Source: Balanoglossus misakiensis (Eukaryota > Animalia > Hemichordata). From it: a stretch of DNA of 14,943 bases. Numbering within the stretch: position 1 is the first letter of the stretch; every line of letters starts with the position of its first letter. The notes under the pieces are model-generated. The model was not told where the DNA came from. It was given only the letters and a program-made list of their open reading frames with translations, and made no database searches. Location of the stretch: NCBI GenBank assembly GCA_040954595.2, contig CM082585.2:11730820-11745762 (forward strand), given 5' to 3'. This document shows, piece by piece, positions 1-11,240 of the stretch. The translations under genes were made by a program, and so were the position numbers.

Positions 1-3000
1 GAGCTATAACCCATGATTTTTTCAAAAAATGGCCAAATTTTCAAAATTCGCAAACTCCAAAAATCGTCGATTTTTTGACGATTTTTCTGAGCTATAACCC
101 ATGATTTTTTCAAAAAATGGCCAAATTTTCAAAATTCGCAAACTCCAAAAATCGTCGATTTTTGACGATTTTCCTGAGCTATAACCCATGATTTTTTCAA
201 AAAATGGCCAAATTTTCAAAATTCGCAAACTCCAAAAATCGTCGATTTTTTGACGATTTTCCTGAGCTATAACCCATGATTTTTTCAAAAAATGGCCAAA
301 TTTTCAAAATTCGCAAACTCCAAAAATCGTCGATTTTTGACGATTTTCCTGAGCTATAACCCATGATTTTTTCAAAAAATGGCCAAATTTTCAAAATTCG
401 CAAACTCCAAAAATCGTCGATTTTTGACGATTTTCCTGAGCTATAACCCATGATTTTTTCAAAAAATGGCCAAATTTTCAAAATTCGCAAACTCCAAAAA
501 TCGTCGATTTTTGACGATTTTCCTGAGCTATAACCCATGATTTTTTCAAAAAATGGCCAAATTTTCAAAATTCGCAAACTCCAAAAATCGTCGATTTTTG
601 ACGATTTTCCTGAGCTATAACCCATGATTTTTTCAAAAAATGGCCAAATTTTCAAAATTCGCAAACTCCAAAAATCGTCGATTTTTGACGATTTTCCTGA
701 GCTATAACCCATGATTTTTTCAAAAAATGGCCAAATTTTCAAAATTCGCAAACTCCAAAAATCGTCGATTTTTGACGATTTTCCTGAGCTATAACCCATG
801 GTTTTTTCAAAAAATGGCCAAATTTTCAAAATTCGCAAACTCCAAAAATCGTCGATTTTTGACGATTTTCCTGAGCTATAACCCATGGTTTTTTCAAAAA
901 ATGGCCAAATTTTCAAAATTCGCAAACTCCAAAAATCGTCGATTTTTGACGATTTTCCTGAGCTATAACCCATGGTTTTTTCAAAAAATGGCCAAATTTT
1001 CAAAATTCGCAAACTCCAAAAATCGTCGATTTTTGACGATTTTCCTGAGCTATAACCCATGGTTTTTTCAAAAAATGGCCAAATTTTCAAAATTCGCAAA
1101 CTCCAAAAATCGTCGATTTTTGACGATTTTTCCTGAGCTATAACCCATGGTTTTTTCAAAAAATGGCCAAATTTTCAAAATTCGCAAACTCCAAAAATCG
1201 TCGATTTTTGACGATTTTCCTGAGCTATAACCATGGTTTTTTCAAAAAATGGCCAAATTTTCAAAATTCGCAAACTCCAAAAATCGTCGATTTTTGACGA
1301 TTTTCCTGAGCTATAACCCATGGTTTTTTCAAAAAATGGCCAAATTTTCAAAATTCGCAAACTCCAAAAATCGTCGATTTTTGACGATTTTCCTGAGCTA
1401 TAACCCATGGTTTTTTCAAAAAATGGCCAAATTTTCAAAATTCGCAAACTCCAAAAATCGTCGATTTTTGACGATTTTCCTGAGCTATAACCCATGGTTT
1501 TTTCAAAAAATGGCCAAATTTTCAAAATTCGCAAACTCCAAAAATCGTCGATTTTTGACGATTTTCCTGAGCTATAACCCATGGTTTTTTCAAAAAATGG
1601 CCAAATTTTCAAAATTCGCAAACTCCAAAAATCGTCGATTTTTGACGATTTTCCTGAGCTATAACCCATGGTTTTTTCAAAAAATGGCCAAATTTTCAAA
1701 ATTCGCAAACTCCAAAAATCGTCGATTTTTGACGATTTTCCTGAGCTATAACCCATGGTTTTTTCAAAAAATGGCCAAATTTTGAAAATTCGCAAACTCC
1801 AAAAATCGTCGATTTTGACGATTTTCCTGAGCTATAACCCATGATTTTTTCAAAAAATGGCCAAATTTTCAAAATTCGCAAACTCCAAAAATCGTCGATT
1901 TTTGACGATTTTCCTGAGCTATAACCCATGATTTTTTCAAAAAATGGCCAAATTTTCAAAATTCGCAAACTCCAAAAATCGTCGATTTTTGACGATTTTC
2001 CTGAGCTATAACCCATGATTTTTTCAAAAAATGGCCAAATTTTCAAAATTCGCAAACTCCAAAAATCGTCGATTTTTGACGATTTTCCTGAGCTATAACC
2101 CATGATTTTTTCAAAAAATGGCCAAATTTTCAAAATTCGCAAACTCCAAAAATCGTCGATTTTTGACGATTTTCCTGAGCTATAACCCATGATTTTTTCA
2201 AAAAATGGCCAAATTTTCAAAATTCGCAAACTCCAAAAATCGTCGATTTTTGACGATTTTCCTGAGCTATAACCCATGGTTTTTTCAAAAAATGGCCAAA
2301 TTTTCAAAATTCGCAAACTCCAAAAATCGTCGATTTTTGACGAATTTCCTGAGCTATAACCCATGGTTTTTTTCAAAAATGGCCAAATTTTCAAAATTCG
2401 CAAACTCCAAAAATCGTCGATTTTTGACGATTTTCCTGAGCTATAACCCATGGTTTTTTCAAAAAATGGCCAAATTTTCAAAATTCGCAAACTCCAAAAA
2501 TCGTCGATTTTTGACGATTTTCCTGAGCTATAACCCATGGTTTTTTCAAAAAATGGCCAAATTTTCAAAATTCGCAAACTCCAAAAATCGTCGATTTTTG
2601 ACGATTTTCCTGAGCTATAACCCATGGTTTTTTCAAAAAATGGCCAAATTTTCAAAATTCGCAAACTCCAAAAATCGTCGATTTTTGACGATTTTCTGAG
2701 CTATAACCCATGGTTTTTTCAAAAAATGGCCAAATTTTCAAAATTCGCAAACTCCAAAAATCGTCGATTTTTGACGATTTTCCTGAGCTATAACCCATGG
2801 TTTTTTCAAAAAATGGCCAAATTTTCAAAATTCGCAAACTCCAAAAATCGTCGATTTTGACGATTTTCCTGAGCTATAACCCATGGTTTTTTCAAAAAAT
2901 GGCCAAATTTTCAAAATTCGCAAACTCCAAAAATCGTCGATTTTTGACGATTTTCCTGAGCTATAACCCATGGTTTTTTCAAAAAATGGCCAAATTTTCA

Positions 3001-6000
3001 AAATTCGCAAACTCCAAAAATCGTCGATTTTTGACGATTTTCCTGAGCTATAACCCATGGTTTTTTCAAAAAATGGCCAAATTTTCAAAATTCGCAAACT
3101 CCAAAAATCGTCGATTTTTGACGATTTTCCTGAGCTATAACCCATGATTTTTTCAAAAAATGGCCAAATTTTCAAAATTCGCAAATCCAAAAATCGTCGA
3201 TTTTTGACGATTTTCCTGAGCTATAACCCATGATTTTTTCAAAAAATGGCCAAATTTTCAAAATTCGCAAACTCCAAAAATCGTCGATTTTTGACGATTT
3301 TCCTGAGCTATAACCCATGATTTTTTCAAAAAATGGCCAAATTTTCAAAATTCGCAAACTCCAAAAATCGTCGATTTTTGACGATTTTCCTGAGCTATAA
3401 CCCATGATTTTTTCAAAAAATGGCCAAATTTTCAAAATTCGCAAACTCCAAAAATCGTCGATTTTTGACGATTTTCCTGAGCTATAACCCATGATTTTTT
3501 CAAAAAATGGCCAAATTTTCAAAATTCGCAAACTCCAAAAATCGTCGATTTTTGACGATTTTCCTGAGCTATAACCCATGGTTTTTTCAAAAAATGGCCA
3601 AATTTTCAAAATTCGCAAACTCCAAAAATCGTCGATTTTTGACGATTTTCCTGAGCTATAACCCATGGTTTTTTCAAAAAATGGCCAAATTTTCAAAATT
3701 CGCAAACTCCAAAAATCGTCGATTTTTGACGATTTTCCTGAGCTATAACCCATGGTTTTTTCAAAAAATGGCCAAATTTTCAAATTCGCAAACTCCAAAA
3801 ATCGTCGATTTTTGACGATTTTCCTGAGCTATAACCCATGGTTTTTTCAAAAAATGGCCAAATTTTCAAAATTCGCAAACTCCAAAAATCGTCGATTTTT
3901 GACGATTTTCCTGAGCTATAACCCATGGTTTTTTCAAAAAATGGCCAAATTTTCAAAATTCGCAAACTCCAAAAATCGTCGATTTTTGACGATTTTCCTG
4001 AGCTATAACCCATGGTTTTTTCAAAAAATGGCCAAATTTTCAAAATTCGCAAACTCCAAAAATCGTCGATTTTTGACGATTTTCCTGAGCTATAACCCAT
4101 GGTTTTTTTCAAAAATGGCCAAATTTTCAAAATTCGCAAACTCCAAAAATCGTCGATTTTTGACGATTTTCCTGAGCTATAACCCATGGTTTTTCAAAAA
4201 ATGGCCAAATTTTCAAAATTCGCAAACTCCAAAAATCGTCGATTTTTGACGATTTTCCTGAGCTATAACCCATGGTTTTTTCAAAAATGGCCAAATTTTC
4301 AAAATTCGCAAACTCCAAAAATCGTCGATTTTTGACGATTTTCCTGAGCTATAACCCATGGTTTTTTCAAAAAATGGCCAAATTTTCAAAATTCGCAAAC
4401 TCCAAAAATCGTCGATTTTTGACGATTTTCCTGAGCTATAACCCATGGTTTTTTCAAAAAATGGCCAAATTTTCAAAATTCGCAAACTCCAAAAAATCGT
4501 CGATTTTTGACGATTTTCCTGAGCTATAACCCATGGTTTTTCAAAAAATGGCCAAATTTTCAAAATTCGCAAACTCCAAAAATCGTCGATTTTTGACGAT
4601 TTTCCTGAGCTATAACCCATGGTTTTTTCAAAAAATGGCCAAATTTTCAAAATTCGCAAACTCCAAAAATCGTCGATTTTTGACGATTTTCCTGAGCTAT
4701 AACCCATGGTTTTTTCAAAAAATGGCCAAATTTTCAAAATTCGCAAACTCCAAAAATCGTCGATTTTTGACGATTTTCCTGAGCTATAACCCATGGTTTT
4801 TTCAAAAATGGCCAAATTTTCAAAATTCGCAAACTCCAAAAATCGTCGATTTTTGACGATTTTCCTGAGCTATAACCCATGTTTTTTTCAAAAAATGGCC
4901 AAATTTTCAAAATTCGCAAACTCCAAAAATCGTCAATTTTTGACGATTTTCCTGAGCTATAACCCATGGTTTTTTCAAAAAATGGCCAAATTTTCAAAAT
5001 TCGCAAACTCCAAAAATCGTCGATTTTTGACGATTTTCCTGAGCTATAACCCATGGTTTTTTCAAAAAATGGCCAAATTTTCAAAATTCGCAAACTCCAA
5101 AAATCGTCGATTTTTGACGATTTTCCTGAGCTATAACCCATGGTTTTTTCAAAAAATGGCCAAATTTTCAAAATTCGCAAACTCCAAAAATCGTCGATTT
5201 TTGACGATTTTCCTGAGCTATAACCCATGGTTTTTTCAAAAAATGGCCAAATTTTCAAAATTCGCAAACTCCAAAAATCGTCGATTTTTGACGATTTTCC
5301 TGAGCTATAACCCATGGTTTTTCAAAAAATGGCCAAATTTTCAAAATTCGCAAACTCCAAAAATCGTCGATTTTTGACGATTTTCCTGAGCTATAACCCA
5401 TGGTTTTTTCAAAAAATGGCCAAATTTTCAAAATTCGCAAACTCCAAAAATCGTCGATTTTTGACGATTTTCCTGAGCTATAACCCATGGTTTTTTCAAA
5501 AAATGGCCAAATTTTCAAAATTCGCAAACTCCAAAAATCGTCGATTTTTGACGATTTTCCTGAGCTATAACCCATGGTTTTTTCAAAAAATGGCCAAATT
5601 TTCAAAATTCGCAAACTCCAAAAATCGTCGATTTTTGACGATTTTCCTGAGCTATAACCCATGGTTTTTTCAAAAAATGGCCAAATTTTCAAAATTCGCA
5701 AACTCCAAAAATCGTCGATTTTTGACGATTTTCCTGAGCTATAACCCATGGTTTTTTCAAAAAATGGCCAAATTTTCAAAATTCGCAAACTCCAAAAATC
5801 GTCGATTTTTGACGATTTTCCTGAGCTATAACCCATGGTTTTTTCAAAAAATGGCCAAATTTTCAAAATTCGCAAACTCCAAAAATCGTCGATTTTTGAC
5901 GATTTTCCTGAGCTATAACCCATGGTTTTTTCAAAAAATGGCCAAATTTTCAAAATTCGCAAACTCCAAAAATCGTCGATTTTTGACGATTTTCCTGAGC

Positions 6001-8119
6001 TATAACCCATGGTTTTTTCAAAAAATGGCCAAATTTTCAAAATTCGCAAACTCCAAAAATCGTCGATTTTTGACGATTTTCCTGAGCTATAACCCATGGT
6101 TTTTTCAAAAAATGGCCAAATTTTCAAAATTCGCAAACTCCAAAAATCGTCGATTTTTGACGATTTTCCTGAGCTATAACCCATGGTTTTTTCAAAAATG
6201 GCCAAATTTTCAAAATTCGCAAACTCCAAAAATCGTCGATTTTTGACGATTTTCCTGAGCTATAACCCATGGTTTTTTCAAAAAATGGCCAAATTTTCAA
6301 AATTCGCAAACTCCAAAAATCGTCGATTTTTGACGATTTTCCTGAGCTATAACCCATGGTTTTTTCAAAAAATGGCCAAATTTTCAAAATTCGCAAACTC
6401 CAAAAATCGTCGATTTTTGACGATTTTCCTGAGCTATAACCCATGGTTTTTTCAAAAAATGGCCAAATTTTCAAAATTCGCAAACTCCAAAAATCGTCGA
6501 TTTTTGACGATTTTCCTGAGCTATAACCCATGTTTTTTCAAAAATGGCCAAATTTTCAAAATTCGCAAACTCCAAAAATCGTCGATTTTTGACGATTTTC
6601 CTGAGCTATAACCCATGTTTTTTTCAAAAAATGGCCAAATTTTCAAAATTCGCAAACTCCAAAAATCGTCAATTTTTGACGATTTTCCTGAGCTATAACC
6701 CATGGTTTTTTCAAAAAATGGCCAAATTTTCAAAATTCGCAAACTCCAAAAATCGTCGATTTTTGACGATTTTCCTGAGCTATAACCCATGGTTTTTTCA
6801 AAAAATGGCCAAATTTTCAAAATTCGCAAACTCCAAAAATCGTCGATTTTTGACGATTTTCCTGAGCTATAACCCATGGTTTTTTCAAAAAATGGCCAAA
6901 TTTTCAAAATTCGCAAACTCCAAAAATCGTCGATTTTTGACGATTTTCCTGAGCTATAACCCATGGTTTTTCAAAAAATGGCCAAATTTTCAAAATTCGC
7001 AAACTCCAAAAATCGTCGATTTTTGACGATTTTCCTGAGCTATAACCCATGGTTTTTTCAAAAAATGGCCAAATTTTCAAAATTCGCAAACTCCAAAAAT
7101 CGTCGATTTTTGACGATTTTCCTGAGCTATAACCCATGGTTTTTTCAAAAAATGGCCAAATTTTCAAAATTCGCAAACTCCAAAAATCGTCGATTTTTGA
7201 CGATTTTCCTGAGCTATAACCCATGGTTTTTTCAAAAAATGGCCAAATTTTCAAAATTCGCAAACTCCAAAAATCGTCGATTTTTGACGATTTTCCTGAG
7301 CTATAACCCATGGTTTTTTCAAAAAATGGCCAAATTTTCAAAATTCGCAAACTCCAAAAATCGTCGATTTTTGACGATTTTCCTGAGCTATAACCCATGG
7401 TTTTTTCAAAAAATGGCCAAATTTTCAAAATTCGCAAACTCCAAAAATCGTCGATTTTTGACGATTTTCCTGAGCTATAACCCATGGTTTTTTCAAAAAA
7501 TGGCCAAATTTTCAAAATTCGCAAACTCCAAAAATCGTCGATTTTTGACGATTTTCCTGAGCTATAACCCATGGTTTTTTCAAAAAATGGCCAAATTTTC
7601 AAAATTTCGCAAACTCCAAAAATCGTCGATTTTTGACGATTTTCCTGAGCTATAACCCATGGTTTTTTCAAAAAATGGCCAAATTTTCAAAATTCGCAAA
7701 CTCCAAAAATCGTCGATTTTTGACGATTTTCCTGAGCTATAACCCATGGTTTTTTCAAAAAATGGCCAAATTTTCAAAATTCGCAAACTCCAAAAATCGT
7801 CGATTTTTGACGATTTTCCTGAGCTATAACCATGGTTTTTTCAAAAAATGGCCAAATTTTCAAAATTCGCAAACTCCAAAAATCGTCGATTTTTGACGAT
7901 TTTCCTGAGCTATAACCCATGGTTTTTTCAAAAAATGGCCAAATTTTCAAAATTCGCAAACTCCAAAAATCGTCGATTTTTGACGATTTCCTGAGCTATA
8001 ACCCATGGTTTTTTCAAAAATGGCCAAATTTTCAAAATTCGCAAACTCCAAAAATCGTCGATTTTTGACGATTTTCCTGAGCTATAACCCATGATTTTTT
8101 CAAAAAATGGCCAAATTTT
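1..8119 (+). repeat. 87-bp tandem satellite array, left arm (about 93 monomers, forward orientation; runs off the window start)
   Basis: GAGCTATAACCCATG...GACGATTTTCCT recurs every 87 bp (+/-1 from homopolymer indels); e.g. the variable site falls at 366, 453, 540, 627, 714, 801. There are no unique spacers. The main polymorphism is CCATGA vs CCATGG. Strand is an arbitrary orientation label. Confidence 0.99.
4882..6671 (+). repeat. Trace of a 20-monomer (1736-bp) higher-order duplication
   Basis: The linked rare variants CCATGT (T at 4882) and CGTCAA (A at 4935) recur together at 6618 and 6671, both offset by 1736 bp. Boundaries are approximate. Confidence 0.65.
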
Positions 8120-8150
8120 TGGAGTTTGCGAATTTTGAAAATTTGGCCAT
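8107..8150. other. Inversion junction / centre of large inverted repeat (5-bp ATTTT microhomology at 8115-8119, 18-nt unpaired spacer at 8120-8137)
   Basis: ATGGCCAAATTTT (8107-8119) is the reverse complement of AAAATTTGGCCAT (8138-8150). ATTTT at 8115-8119 belongs both to forward CCAAATTTT(C) and to reverse (G)ATTTTTGGAG. No foreign bases are inserted. Confidence 0.96.
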
Positions 8151-9737
8151 TTTTTGAAAAAACCATGGGTTTATAGCTCAGGAAAATCGTCAAAAATCGA
8201 CGATTTTTGGAGTTTGCGAATTTTGAAAATTTGGCCATTTTTGAAAAAATCATGGGTTATAGCTCAGGAAAATCGTCAAAAATCGACGATTTTTGGAGTT
8301 TGCGAATTTTGAAAATTTGGCCATTTTTTGAAAAAATCATGGGTTATAGCTCAGGAAAATCGTCAAAAATCGACGATTTTTGGAGTTTGCGAATTTTGAA
8401 AATTTGGCCATTTTTTGAAAAAACCATGGGTTATAGCTCAGGAAATAGTCAAAAATCGACGATTTTTGGAGTTTGCGAATTTTGAAAATTTGGCCATTTT
8501 TTGAAAAAATCATGGGTTATAGCTCAGGAAAATCGTCAAAAATCGACGATTTTTGGAGTTTGCGAATTTTGAAAATTTGGCCATTTTTTGAAAAAATCAT
8601 GGGTTATAGCTCAGGAAAATCGTCAAAAATCGACGATTTTTGGAGTTTGCGAATTTTGAAAATTTGGCCATTTTTTGAAAAAATCATGGGTTATAGCTCA
8701 GGAAAATCGTCAAAAATCGACGATTTTTGGAGTTTGCGAATTTTGAAAATTTGGCCATTATTTGAAAAAATCATGGGTTATAGCTCAGGAAAATCGTCAA
8801 AAATCGACGATTTTTGGAGTTTGCGAATTTTGAAAATTTGGCCATTTTTTGAAAAAATCATGGGTTATAGCTCAGGAAAATCGTCAAAAATCGACGATTT
8901 TTGGAGTTTGCGAATTTTGAAAATTTGGCCATTTTTTGAAAAAATCATGGGTTATAGCTCAGGAAAATCGTCAAAAATCGACGATTTTTGGAGTTTGCGA
9001 ATTTGAAAATTTGGCCATTTTTTGAAAAAATCATGGGTTATAGCTCAGGAAAATCGTCAAAAATCGACGATTTTTGGAGTTTGCGAATTTTGAAAATTTG
9101 GCCATTTTTTGAAAAAATCATGGGTTATAGCTCAGGAAAATCGTCAAAAATCGACGATTTTTTGGAGTTTGCGAATTTTGAAAATTTGGCCATTTTTTGA
9201 AAAAATCATGGGTTATAGCTCAGGAAATCGTCAAAAATCGACGATTTTTGGAGTTTGCGAATTTTGAAAATTTGGCCATTTTTTGAAAAAATCATGGGTT
9301 ATAGCTCAGGAAATCGTCAAAATCGACGATTTTTGGAGTTTGCGAATTTTGAAAATTTGGCCATTTTTTGAAAAAATCATGGGTTATAGCTCAGGAAAAT
9401 CGTCAAAAATCGACGATTTTTGGAGTTTGCGAATTTTGAAAATTTGGCCATTTTTTGAAAAAATCATGGGTTATAGCTCAGGAAAATCGTCAAAAATCGA
9501 CGATTTTTGGAGTTTGCGAATTTTGAAAATTTGGCCATTTTTTGAAAAAATCATGGGTTATAGCTCAGGAAAATCGTCAAAAATCGACGATTTTTGGAGT
9601 TTGCGAATTTTGAAAATTTGGCCATTTTTTGAAAAATCATGGGTTATAGCTCAGGAAAATCGTCAAAAAATCGACGATTTTTGGAGTTTGCGAATTTTGA
9701 AAATTTGGCCATTTTTTGAAAAAATCATGGGTTATAG

Positions 9738-11240
9738 TTCAGGACAATCGTCAAAAATCGACGATTTTTGGAGTTTGCGAATTTTGAAAATTTGGCCATT
9801 TTTTGAAAAAATCATGGGTATAGCTCAGGAAAATCGTCAAAAATCGACGATTTTTTGGAGTTTGCGAATTTTGAAAATTTGGCCATTTTTTGAAAAAATC
9901 ATGGGTTATAGCTCAGGAAAATCGTCAAAAATGGACGATTTTTGGAGTTTGCGAATTTTGAAAATTTGGCCATTTTTTGAAAAAATCATGGGTTATAGCT
10001 CAGGAAAATCGTCAAAAACGGACGATTTTTGGAGTTTGCGAATTTTGAAAATTTGGCCATTTTTTGAAAAAATCATGGGTTATAGCTCAGGAAAATCGTC
10101 AAAAATCGACGATTTTTGGAGTTTGCGAATTTTGAAAATTTGGCCATTTTTTGAAAAAATCATGGGTTATAGCTCAGGAAAATCGTCAAAAATCGACGAT
10201 TTTTGGAGTTTGCGAATTTTGAAAATTTGGCCATTTTTTGAAAAAATCATGGGTTATAGCTCAGGAAAATCGTCAAAAATGGACGATTTTTGGAGTTTGC
10301 GAATTTTGAAAATTTGGCCATTTTTTGAAAAAATCATGGGTTATAGCTCAGGAAAATCGTCAAAAATGGACGATTTTTGGAGTTTGCGAATTTTAAAAAT
10401 TTAGCCATTTTTGAAAAAATCATGGGTTATAGCTCAGGAAAATCGTCAAAAATCGACGATTTTTGGAGTTTGCGAATTTTGAAAATTTGGCCATTTTTTG
10501 AAAAATCATGGGTTATAGCTCAGGAAAATCGTCAAAAAATGGACGATTTTTGGAGTTTGCGAATTTTGAAAATTTGGCCATTTTTTGAAAAAATCATGGG
10601 TTATAGCTCAGGAAAATCGTCAAAAATCGACGATTTTTGGAGTTTGCGAATTTTGAAAATTTGGCCATTTTTTGAAAAAATCATGGGTTATAGCTCAGGA
10701 AATCGTCAAAAATCGACGATTTTTGGAGTTTGCGAATTTTGAAAATTTGGCCATTTTTTGAAAAAATCATGGGTTATAGTTCAGGACAATCGTCAAAAAT
10801 CGACGATTTTTGGAGTTTGCGAATTTTGAAAATTTGGCCATTTTTTGAAAAAATCATGGGTTATAGCTCAGGAAAATCGTCAAAAATCGACGATTTTTGG
10901 AGTTTGCGAATTTTGAAAATTTGGCCATTTTTTGAAAAAATCATGGGTTATAGCTCAGGAAAATCGTCAAAAATCGGACGATTTTTGGAGTTTGCGAATT
11001 TTGAAAATTTGGCCATTTTTTGAAAAAATCATGGGTTATAGCTCAGGAAAATCGTCAAAAACGGACGATTTTTGGAGTTTGCGAATTTTGAAAATTTGGC
11101 CATTTTTTGAAAAAATCATGGTTATAGCTCAGGAAAATCGTCAAAAATCGACGATTTTTGGAGTTTGCGAATTTTGAAAATTTGGCCATTTTTTGAAAAA
11201 TCATGGGTTATAGCTCAGGAAAATCGTCAAAATCGACGAT
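9738..11240 (-). repeat. Trace of a 12-monomer (about 1042-bp) higher-order duplication
   Basis: The linked variants TAGTTC (T at 9738) and GGACAA (C at 9745) recur at 10780 and 10787. In both copies a GGAC-type monomer follows two units later and an ACGGAC monomer three units later (10018, 11061). Boundaries are approximate. Confidence 0.75.

Noticed and set aside
1778-1790. AATTTTGAAAATT (C-to-G at 1784) as a micro-inversion of the internal dyad
   Set aside because: It occurs once and cannot be distinguished from a point mutation or sequencing error.
2367-4115. T7-C-A5 variant at 2374 and 4110, also 1736 bp apart, suggesting a regular 20-mer period across the left arm
   Set aside because: The A/G blocks and the 2344 variant do not follow this period, and homopolymer length variants are error-prone.
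8107-8150. Missed-adapter or read fold-back artefact as the cause of the palindrome
   Set aside because: There is no adapter sequence at the junction and the arm variants are not mirrored. A chimera or misjoin is not fully excluded without reads.
8107-8150. Protelomerase site or hairpin telomere of a linear replicon
   Set aside because: The centre is asymmetric (18-nt spacer) and made only of satellite sequence, and the arms are not identical as a hairpin read-through would require.
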